This document shows positions 51,101 to 59,800 of a stretch of DNA of 64,000 nucleotides, piece after piece (positions within the stretch are counted from its first letter, which is position 1; every line of letters starts with the position of its first letter). Location of the stretch: assembly GCA_035221665.1 (NCBI GenBank), contig CM069152.1:13950001-14014000 (forward strand), given 5' to 3'. This DNA comes from Okamejei kenojei (lineage: Eukaryota). A model generated the notes under the pieces. The model was given only the letters and a program-made list of their open reading frames with translations, was not told the DNA's origin and did no database searches. The position numbers and the translations under genes are program-made.

Positions 51101-54100
51101 AAGAAAAATGAAACTTTTTTTTACATCCGTATCTCTGAATCTAATCCTTGTTCACTAGATTACAATCACATAACACGTCAAACTGGGTTATGATCATGTC
51201 AGCGAATCCCCAACATGACTGGGTTTGGCCAACGAATACCATGTAGAAATAAGCAAAAATAAATCTATCACTTAATTTCATGAGTTCATAAATTCTGGGA
51301 GCAGAATTATGCCATTCGGCCCATCAAGTCTACTCTGCCATTCAATCATGGCTGATCTATCTCTACCTCTCAACCCCATTCTCCTGCCTTCTCCCCATAA
51401 CCCCTGACAATCAAGAATCTGTCAATCTCCAGATTAAAAATATCCATTGACGGCCTCCACAGCCATCTGTGGCAATGAATTCAACAGATTCAACATCCTC
51501 TGACCGAAGAAATTCCTTCTTATCTCCTTTCTAAAGCTACGTTCTTTTAATCTGAAGCTATGGCCTCCGGTCCTAGATGCTCCCACTAATGGAAACATCA
51601 TTTCCACATTCACTCTATCCAGGCCTAGGTTTCCCAGACTTAGTGGGGCTGTGCAAGTCTGGGTTTGTACTTCAGCAATATGTCGGCATTTCCCTTCAGA
51701 ACTGCCAGCCACAGACAGTTTTATTTGATCCATTATGTAACGATGGAGGTATAGGAGTGGATGCAAAACAAAAGATTTACAAAGTTGTTTCCACAACTGT
51801 CAGTTCATAACCAAAATGAAAGGCTGAATGTATACAATTTCCCTTTGAAATTGTAGATTTCATGAGCACTGTGTATCTTTATACAAAATGCTAGTAAAAT
51901 GCACCATCCATCTAACTGGGAGATTGTCGTTACTGCAGTCAATAAAATTTCTACTCACGAAGACTCAATCATACTGAAGCATTTCCCAGCTAGTTTGTGC
52001 AGATGTGGTGGGCCTGAAAGAAATAAAAACACTTGACAATGTACATTATATATTGGTAATTATAAGCCCCATTTGTGGGCAGAGTCAATAGATCTCATGT
52101 GAGGAGTAGCATGGGGAGAAGGCAGCGTGGTAAAAAGGAGAGATCGTAGTAAGAAGAGTGCTAAGGGGGATTTAGTCTGGGGAAAGTGGGTGTGGAGAAT
52201 ATAACTGATGAGTGATGGTAGAGAGGAAGTGCTGGCAGGAAACAATGAAGGGCTAAAATCGCATCATCCATTACCTGAAATGGCAGCAGGACTTATTTTT
52301 GGTTGAAGCCGGGTTACTTGGGACAGGAAAGGATTATTCAACCTGAAATACAAATAACCACATTTTATTGATTGTTTGAGGTGGGGAATTAGTGCTAATA
52401 AATTTCTATTTTTTCCCTCCATATCTGTGGGGTAATTTCAGAGAAGGCCTCAATTCCAGATTGTACTCAATCCTGTCTTGAGGTGTGTAGGAAAGAGCTG
52501 CAGATGCTGGTTTACATCGTGGGTAGACATGAAATGCTGGCGTATTGTAACTCAGCAGGACAGGCAGCATATCTGGAGAGAAGGAATGGGTGACGTTTTG
52601 GGTCGAGTCCCTTCTTCAGAAGAAGTCTGAAGAAGGGTCTCGACCTGAAACATCACCCATTCCTTCTCTCCAGAGATGTTGCCTGTCCCACTGAGTTACT
52701 CCGGCATTTTGTGTCTACCTTCTGTCTTAGAGTACTTGCTCTGGGTGAAACCTGGTTCCCAAGGTTATATGGTCTCATCCACCTTATCATCTGACAAAGA
52801 GGTCTTTCTGTAACTTTACATCCTTTGGATGGTCTAGAAGTTGAGTACTCAACTATACTTTCTTTTAAATCCCAGTACTGGACATTTTCCACCCTCATTC
52901 CATGGTATAAAACCTGTCACCATTTTACGCAAAGTCTTATACACTGTTTTCTGAAAATCCCAAACTGCCTTACAGACCAAGAATAACTTTTAAAGTGTAT
53001 TACCCTGTCGTTATGTCAGGCTCTGCAATTTGTATATATTATATACCTACAAACAGCAATGTTTTCACAACTACATCATAATATTAAGTACTGTATTACA
53101 TTTACAGGACACTGGGAAGAACGCTTTAAACAGTGTCATGGGACATTTACATCTGAGGTGCAAAACATGCTTTTGGCTTACAGTTCCCCAGTACAGATTC
53201 ACATTGGAGTATCAGTCTGGATTTGGCCCAAGGTCTTTGGAGTTGGATTTGACCCACAATCTGTGGCTTGAGAAGCAACTAAACCAATAAAAATAGCGAA
53301 ATGAAGTTATTCATCACTGCCTGATCTGGGAAGATCCCCACCACTCTGACCCTCCAAGGAGAACGATTGTTTTTGCATTTACTTACCCGTAGGTGTTGGG
53401 CTCTTCTACAATTTTCATTTTAGTAGCCGAGATGCCAAGAACTGCAGAAGGGAAAGAAAATGAAATCTATTAATATCAGAGTTCAAGTCCAGAAGCACAG
53501 GAAGAAATGGAAGCGGCTTGTTGTCGGACGGTATTAAAAGCTGCGGACAAAAAAGTGTGGGAAGGAACTGTGGAGTCCAGGACCACAGTGTGTCAGAGTG
53601 ACTGGGCAGGTCGGGGCTGGGATGCCGGTTGTTGCATCCAACTGTGATGTCGGGTGCATTGAGTGGTCATTGACCAGAAGCACACCTAACCTTGGACTGA
53701 CCAATACCTGGGCCGGGGCTGGACAAACAGCTATTATGTCCCTCGCCCCTTAGTCAAATATCCGCATCGAGGGATGTGTAGGTACAAACAACCTAGGCCG
53801 GGAACGGAGACTCACAGTGCAGCCAGGGGGAGAGTGATTCACAGTGCAGCCAGAAGATGGGCTCAATGCAGCCAGAGGAGAGGGGTTCACAGTGCAGTCA
53901 GAGGAGAGGGGTTGTGGGGACTCACGGCGCAACCAGAGGAGGGGGATTCACAGTGCAGTCAGAGGGGGGTGGGAGAGTTTGGGGACTAGGAGCAGGCAGA
54001 GGAGGGGGACTCACAGTGTAGCCAGAGGAGACGGGGGGGGGGGGGGGGGGGTGCAGCGGGGGGGGAGGGGAGAGTTGGGGGACAGTGTAACCAGAGAGAG

Positions 54101-54641
54101 AGGGGGGGAGTAGGGGTACTCACAGTGCCGCCAGAGGAGGGGGGTTCACAGTGCAGCCAGAGAGGGGGGACAGTGGAGAGAGGGGGGGAGTAGGGGTACT
54201 CACAGTGCCGCCAGAAGGGGGGGGGGTCACAGTCCAGCCAGAGGAGACGGGGGAGGGAGGAGAGTTGGGGGACAGTGCAGCCAAAGAGAGGGGGGGAGTA
54301 GTGGTACTCACAGTGCACAGAGGGGGGGGGGGGTTCAGTGCAGTCAGAGGAGGGGGAGGGGGACAGTGCAGCCAGAGAGGGGGTGGAGGGGACTCACAGT
54401 GCAGCCAGAGGAGGGGGGACTCACAGTGCAGCCAGAGAGGGGGACAGTGCAGCCAGAGAGGGGGGGGGGGTAGGGGTACGCACAGTGCGCCAGAGGGGGG
54501 GGGGGGTTCAGTGCAGCCAGATGAGGAGGGACAGTGCAGCCAGAGGAGGGGGTGGAGGGGACTCACAGTGCAGCCAGAGGAGGGGGTGGGGGGGGGGAAC
54601 TCACAGTGCAGCCAGAGGAGACAGAGGCCGCCCATCGCCAT
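42100..54641 (-). CDS. GNPTG: N-acetylglucosamine-1-phosphotransferase subunit gamma, complete, 294 aa; complement(join(42100..42191,43183..43261,44474..44596,46822..46904,47293..47407,47880..47973,48764..48847,51959..52013,52275..52342,53387..53441,54605..54641))
   Basis: Spliced translation: signal peptide [39 protein letters not shown] domain ([44 protein letters not shown]...[22 protein letters not shown]), FEDAGYLK, C-terminus [13 protein letters not shown]. 11 exons with GT-AG introns and consistent phases. Confidence 0.95.
43183..43261 (-). CDS. GNPTG: GNPTG exon 10
   Basis: ttttag|GAG CGG AAT AAA...CCT G|gtcagt; [26 protein letters not shown]. Confidence 0.88.
43300..44020 (+). mobile_element. 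Degenerate CR1 RT fragments
   Basis: Decayed DFQKAF/VPQG/FADDTK-type text (tttgctgaggacacaaaaatt). Confidence 0.55.
44474..44596 (-). CDS. GNPTG: GNPTG exon 9
   Basis: tttcag|GGT TAC AGG...AAT GAG|gtaggg; [22 protein letters not shown]...ETLSRCNE. Confidence 0.93.
45378..45650 (-). mobile_element. tRNA-derived SINE (HE1/V-SINE-like)
   Basis: ctttggaatgtgggagcacccggaggaaacccacgtggtcacagggagaac, the V-SINE-type core in reverse. Confidence 0.75.
45895..46432 (+). mobile_element. Degenerate Penelope-like 3' fragment with tail
   Basis: [15 protein letters not shown] (decayed [15 protein letters not shown]); tail CTGAAGTAGGGCCCCCATTCGAAACATCACC...GATGCTGCCTGACCTGCTGAGTTACTCCAGC. Confidence 0.7.
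46822..46904 (-). CDS. GNPTG: GNPTG exon 8
   Basis: ctgtag|TT TAC CCT...CAG CAA|gtacgt; [28 protein letters not shown]. Confidence 0.94.
47293..47407 (-). CDS. GNPTG: GNPTG exon 7
   Basis: tcacag|GTC CTT TTC...CTG G|gtgagt; [38 protein letters not shown]. Confidence 0.96.
47476..47697. repeat. Tandem duplication, two copies of about 107 bp, in GNPTG intron 6
   Basis: GCCCGATTAACCCAGGGTCTGACCGGAGCC...GTCGCAGA starts at 47476 and again at 47583; the copies differ mainly around the poly-C run. Confidence 0.92.
47880..47973 (-). CDS. GNPTG: GNPTG exon 6
   Basis: ctgtag|C ATA TGG...ACC AAG|gtaggt; [31 protein letters not shown]. Confidence 0.96.
48190..48485 (+). mobile_element. tRNA-derived SINE (HE1/V-SINE-like) with CR1-type tail
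   Basis: B-box-like GGTTTGATCCC, core TGTTCTCCCCGTGA...GGGTTTTCTC...CTCCCACACTCCAAA, tail GGGCCTGTTTCCGTGCTGTATCT. Confidence 0.8.
48764..48847 (-). CDS. GNPTG: GNPTG exon 5
   Basis: ctgcag|G TAC AAA TAC...CTT GG|gtatgt; [28 protein letters not shown]. Confidence 0.96.
50668..51055 (-). mobile_element. RTE-related non-autonomous element
   Basis: (TAC)n tail on the minus strand; RTE-5'UTR-like text ggactgccttcccaggctgacaagcccc; AAGTAGTA on both flanks. Confidence 0.5.
51959..52013 (-). CDS. GNPTG: GNPTG exon 4
   Basis: tttcag|GC CCA CCA CAT...TCT TC|gtgagt; [18 protein letters not shown]. Confidence 0.93.
52275..52342 (-). CDS. GNPTG: GNPTG exon 3
   Basis: tttcag|G TTG AAT AAT CCT...TCA G|gtaatg; [22 protein letters not shown]. 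Confidence 0.93.
52482..52721. mobile_element. Fold-back Penelope-tail element in GNPTG intron 2
   Basis: Arms of about 95 bp (about 52524-52620 and 52626-52719) with a 5-nt spacer; CTGTCTT on both flanks. Confidence 0.85.
53387..53441 (-). CDS. GNPTG: GNPTG exon 2
   Basis: ctgcag|TT CTT GGC...TAC GG|gtaagt; [18 protein letters not shown]. Confidence 0.93.
53806..54620 (-). repeat. G/C-rich minisatellite in GNPTG intron 1, about 27 degenerate units of CTC(CTC)TGGCTGCACTGTGAGT(C)n
   Basis: Repeated plus-strand motif actcacagtgcagccagagg separated by G runs; the last unit is the true exon-1/intron-1 junction. Confidence 0.92.
54605..54641 (-). CDS. GNPTG: GNPTG exon 1 (coding part, signal peptide)
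   Basis: ATG GCG ATG GGC GGC CTC TGT CTC CTC TGG CTG CAC T|gtgagt; phase 1 matches exon 2; lies in the CpG island. Confidence 0.85.
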
Positions 54642-55030
54642 AACGACGGCCAGGCCGCGGTTCCGGGCACCGCGCCGGAAGTGCCGCGATGCTGGGTAAA
54701 AGCGAACACTTCCACGGGCAAATTTCCACGAACCGCAGGTCGACAGGTAAAAGTAGGAGATGCCGGGACGGGCATGTGAAGCGGGGCGGCCGGCCGGCCG
54801 ACGGCGAGGACTCGAGAAGCCAGTGGCGAACGGAGGCGCCTGGTGGCGGATAATGAGGGCGGCCGGTCGCCAGCGCCCGTCCAGGCTCAGGATCAAGCAG
54901 CCAGAGCCAAGGGGGGGCTTTAGTTTGTCGTTGCTGGGGTAAAACTTTCCCCACGGCTGCAAGTCGGCCAAGTACAGGTCGGCGGTCACGGAGCGAGGAG
55001 TGTGGCTGCTGCAGGCCCGGCCCGGCCCTC
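54620..55030. promoter_or_regulatory. CpG island / bidirectional promoter for GNPTG and TSR3
   Basis: Sharp local CpG and GC enrichment between two divergent genes; ETS/GABP motif CCGGAAGTG at 54675-54683; GC-box-like GGGGCGG near 54783. Confidence 0.8.
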
Positions 55031-55049
55031 CCTCTCCCCCAACTCTATC

Positions 55050-56050
55050 TCCTTTACATTGACGACTGCATCGGTGCTACCTCCTGCTCCCATGCAGATC
55101 TCACGGACTTCATCAACTTCACTACCAATTTCCTTCCTGCACTAAAAATTCACTTGAACCATCTCCCTTTTCTTTCGTGATCTCACCGTCTCCATCACAG
55201 CAGATGGATTATTGCCGGAGGTCTATTATAAATCAACCGACTCCCACAGTTATCTAGACAACACTTATTCCCACTTATACCCTGTCTCCTGCAAAGATTC
55301 TACCCCCCCCCCCCCCCCCCCTACTCCCAGTTCCTCTGTCTGTGCCACATTTGCACCCAAGATGAAGTGTTCCAAACTAGGACATCTTCGTTCTTTAGGG
55401 AACGAGGGTTCCCTCCCCCAATATAGATGAATCCCTCAGACGGATCTCCTGGGTATCCCGCAGCTCTGCTCTTGCTCCCCCTCCCCCCCATCACAACAGG
55501 GACATGAGTCCCCCATGTCCTCACCTTTCATCCCCATCAGCCGTCGCATACAGCGCATATTCCTCCGATATTTTTGCCACCTAGCAAGATCCCACCAGTA
55601 GCCACATCTTCCCATCTCCACCCCTTTCCACAGAGACCATTCCCCACGCAACTCCCTGGTTAACTCATCCCTTCCCACCCAACACAAATTGGAGGAACAG
55701 CATCTCAAATTTAGCATGGGCAGCTTACAATCCAGCGGAATGAATATTGAATTCTCTAACTTCGTATCCCTTGCATCCCCTCTCTTTCTCTCCTTCCCTC
55801 CCCCACCCTAGTTCTCCGACTAGTTTCATTGTCCTCTGGATTAATTTTACTGATTGTATGCCTCGTAGACCCCTCCCCCTCAGCCAACGATGAACCATGC
55901 TACATCATTGTCTGCTTTGAGTTAATTTTCACACCTTTCCCTTCCATATCTCTAGTCTCCCTCTTCCCTGACTCTCAATCTGAAGAAGGGTTTCATCCCG
56001 AAACATCACCCTTTCCTTCTCTCCAGAGATACTGCCTGACTTGCTGTGTT
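55050..56050 (+). mobile_element. Degenerate, internally deleted Penelope-like element
   Basis: Remnants YYKSTDSHSYLD...SCKDS and HKLEEQHL...GSLQSSGMNIEF; tail CTGAAGAAGGGTTTCATCCCGAAACATCACCC near 55980. Confidence 0.8.
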
Positions 56051-56677
56051 ACAACGCAGGGCAATGTGGGCAGCGGGGTCCTGAGACACCCAAAGCGTTG
56101 TTGCAGTGGTTGTGATGTGCCTTTGGAGTTCTCGACTCGACCTGAACAGCATAGATAGAATAGGCAGTGAGACTTTTTTCTCTTAGCAGTTATGTTTATA
56201 ACAACCTTAAGGTAAAGGCTATGGGATTTAAAGAAAATTTAAGGAAGATTTGTGTTTTCACCCAGAGATGATTGAAATTTGAAATTCACTGCCTGAGGCA
56301 TTGGTAGGGGTAATTTAACTTTTAAGAAGTATTTAGAAGAGTGTTTGACGTACCATTGCATTGAAGGTTATGGGCCAAGTGCTGGAAAATGGGAATAGTA
56401 TTGATAATTCATTGTCAACAAGGACACAGGGTGAACAGCCTGCTTCTGTATTCTGTGACTCTACATTCAAGTAAGATCAATAGATTTTTAGATATTAAGG
56501 GAACAATAGGACACATTGTTAGTGTACAAAGTGATACAGATGTAATTTTATCCATGATGTTACATGTGCCTAATTTCTGCTTTTGTTTCTTGTGTTTTTA
56601 TTTCATGAAATCTTGAGTCAGTTGCCATCGATTGAACTGTCAGCACCTTCAATTCCATTGCTGGCATTCTTGTTCAG

Positions 56678-56801
56678 ATGGGGCGGAAGAAACAGTTTCA
56701 GAAGAAGGAGCGTGCTGGTCCAAAATGGAAAGATGCCCATCATAGAGAGAGGCGCCAATCCTTTGAGACATTTGGAGAGGATGTTCATGATGCTCTGCAA
56801 G
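56678..56801 (+). CDS. TSR3: TSR3 first coding exon
   Basis: ttgttcag|ATG GGG CGG AAG...CTG CAA G|gtgcgt; [41 protein letters not shown]. Confidence 0.85.
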
Positions 56802-59800
56802 GTGCGTTACCATGTCCTAACTTTAGTTTAGTTTTGGTTTAGAGATACAGCACGGAAACAGGCCCTTCAGCCACCGAGTCTGCACTGACCAACGATCCCC
56901 ACACACTGACACTATCCTACACGCTAGGGATAATTTACAATTATACCAAGCCAATTAACCTACAAACCTGTACGTATTTGGAGGGTCAGAGAAAACTGGA
57001 GATCCCAGAGAAAACCAACACAGGTCACGGGGAGAATGTACAAACTCTGTACAGGCAGTACCCATAGTCAGGATCGAACCTGGGTCTCTGATGCTGTAAG
57101 GCAACAACCGCTGTGTCACCGTAAGGATCAAAACTTGTTTGGGGATACTGTTGCCCTTTTTGCTCTTTGCATCTTGTGTGTGAGTGAGCATGATAATGCA
57201 GTGTTCTAGCTTCTGCATGGCGTGACTCTACATTCAAATAGAGTCCCTAATTGCCCTTACCAATACCTCAGGCAGTGAATCTTCCTTCAATTATTTATGT
57301 TTTGATTGCACTGATAAACGCGTGTTATAGTAAAGAGTAGTTCATTTTCTGCACCCTTTCTTAGTAAAACATCAGAAGGCAATCAGGCTGAATAGTCAAC
57401 CCCACTATGCTTTGACTTTCAAATGTATCCTTTGTTGATAATGGTGGCATGTGTTAATGACATGTGTTAATTTTGTGTGTTACACAAAAAGCTGGAGAAA
57501 CTCAGCGGGTGCAGCAGCATCTAAGGAGCGAAGGAGATAGGCGACGTTTCGGGTCGAGACCCTTCTTCAGACTGGTCAGGGATCAGGGAAACGAGAGATA
57601 TAGACGGTGATGTGGAGAGATAAAGAACAATGAATGAAAGATATGCAAAAACATATCGATGATAAAGGGAACAAGCCATTGTAAGCTGTTTGTGGTGTGA
57701 AAATGAGAAGCTAGTGCGACTAGGGTGGGGGAGGGAGATAGAGATAGAGGGAATGCCAGGGCCCGAGGGCTGAGGCAGAGGTGGGAAGGGGAGGAGACAG
57801 CAGGGGTTAACAGAATTGAGATAATTCAATGTTCAAGCCCAAAGGATGCAGACTCCCCAAGCGGAATATGAGGTGCTGTTCCTCCAACTTGCGGTGTTGC
57901 TCACTCTGGCCATGGAGAAGGCCCAGGACCGAGAGGTCGGATACGGAATGGGAGGGGGAGTTGAAGTGCTGAGCGACCGGGAGGTCGGGTTGGTTTTTGC
58001 GGACCGAGCGGAGGTGTTCGGCAAAAACGATCGCCAAGCCTCCGCTTGGTCTCACCGACATAGATCATCTGGCATCTGGAGCAGCGGATGCAGTAGATGA
58101 GGTTGGAGGAGGTGCAGGTGAACCTCTGTCGGACCTGGAAGGACTGCTTGGGTCCCTGAAAGGAGTGGTGGGGGGAGGTGAAGGGACAAGTGTTGCATTT
58201 CTTGCGGTTGCAAGGGAAAGTGCCCGGGGAAGGAGTAGAGCGGGAGGGGAGGGAAGAATTGACAAGGGAGTCGCGGAGGGAGCGGTCTTTGCGGAAGGCA
58301 GACAGGGGGGGAGATGGGAAGATGTGGCGGGTGGAGGGGTCACGTTGGAGGTGGCGAAACTGGCGGAGGACTATCTGTTGTATTTGCTGGCTGGTGGGGT
58401 GAAAGGTGAGGACCAGGGGGACTCTGCCCTGTTTGCGAGTGGGGGAATGGGGAGAGAGGGCAGTGTTGCGGGGTATGGAGGAGACCCTGGTGCGAGCCTC
58501 ATCAATAGTGGGGGAGGGGAATCCCCGTTCTTTGTGTGTGTCTGGCGTTTGGTCTTTGACCCGCGGGTGTGGTTGATTTTCAGCTGTTGGAGATGGGCCA
58601 TCTGAGGATGTAACATGCCCCAAATTCCACTTCCCGTGCCCGCTGGCCATGTGGGAACTTGGACATTGTGATCCAAAAAGATGCACAGGCAGGAAACTTG
58701 TTCGCAAAGGGTTTGTCCGCAATCTGCGCATCAACGAGAGATTCAGTGGAATCATTCTCACTCCTTTAGGAACAAAATACGTCTCCCCATCTGACAGGTA
58801 AATGAAACAAATGTTTAATAATATAAGATTGATTAACAAAATGCTTATCGGCTTGTACTCGCTAGAATTTAGAAGATTGAGGGGGAATCTTATAGAAACT
58901 TACAAAATTCTTAAGGGGTTGGACAGGCTAGATGCAGGAAGATTGTTCCCGATGTTGGGGAAGTCCAGAACAAGGGGTCACAGTTTAAGGATAAGGGGGA
59001 AATCTTTTAGGACCGAGATGAGAAAAACATTTTTCACACAGAGAGTGGTGAATCTGTGGAATTCTCTGCCACAGAACGTAGTTGAGGTCAGTTCAATGGC
59101 TATATTTAAGAGGGAGTTAGATGTGGCCCTTGTGGCTAAAGGGATCAGGGGGTATGGAGAGAAGGCAGGTACAGGATACTGAGTTGGATGATCAGCCATG
59201 ATCAAATTGAATGGCAGTGCAGGCTCGAAGGGTCGAATGGCCCACTCCTGCACCTATTTTCTATGTTTCTATGTTTCTATCCATTGAAGGTCAATCAGTG
59301 CCGTGGTCATTGGGCAATGCTGCAGTCTGAATGGAATTACAATTTGCTTCTTGTGATTGTATTGTTTTACCATGCCAGGTGTTGAATGGTTAATTTGGGT
59401 AGAGCAATGGTATAGGGCATTTCTCCTCTGGACCTGCTGCAAAAGTCTATGAGTTTTGCCTGCTGTACAACTTGTAAACGGTAGTGGAATTATATCTTGC
59501 AAGTCCTGTTTCCCTGTTGTCAGACCACGGCTCGCTGGGATTATTCCATTGATGATGTATGAAGTGTGAACATTGAAACATAGAAGGAGTTGGTCACCTG
59601 ACCTTTTTGAGACTCCGCTGTTGAGTATCTTCAAGGCTGATCCTCTATCTCTTTATCACATTCCTGCACTCTCCCCATATCTCTCTGCTCTTTGTGCCTA
59701 TAGCTCTTATATCCACCTGAAGCTGTAACTTTGTTTTTCCCCCCTCCACAGATATTTCCTGAATGTCTGCTTTTCAGAGTTCCAGTTCATGTAATATTTT

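Noticed and set aside
53806-54620. CRISPR-like repeat/spacer appearance
   Set aside because: Eukaryotic intron; units are degenerate, spacers are G runs, and there are no cas genes.
54120-54989. 289-aa ORF and the overlapping Gly/Pro-rich ORFs
   Set aside because: Stop-poor GC-rich minisatellite and CpG island; only 54605-54641 is supported as coding.
57901-58839. 312-aa minus-strand ORF
   Set aside because: Chance join of the antisense of a TSR3 exon with the Penelope fragment.
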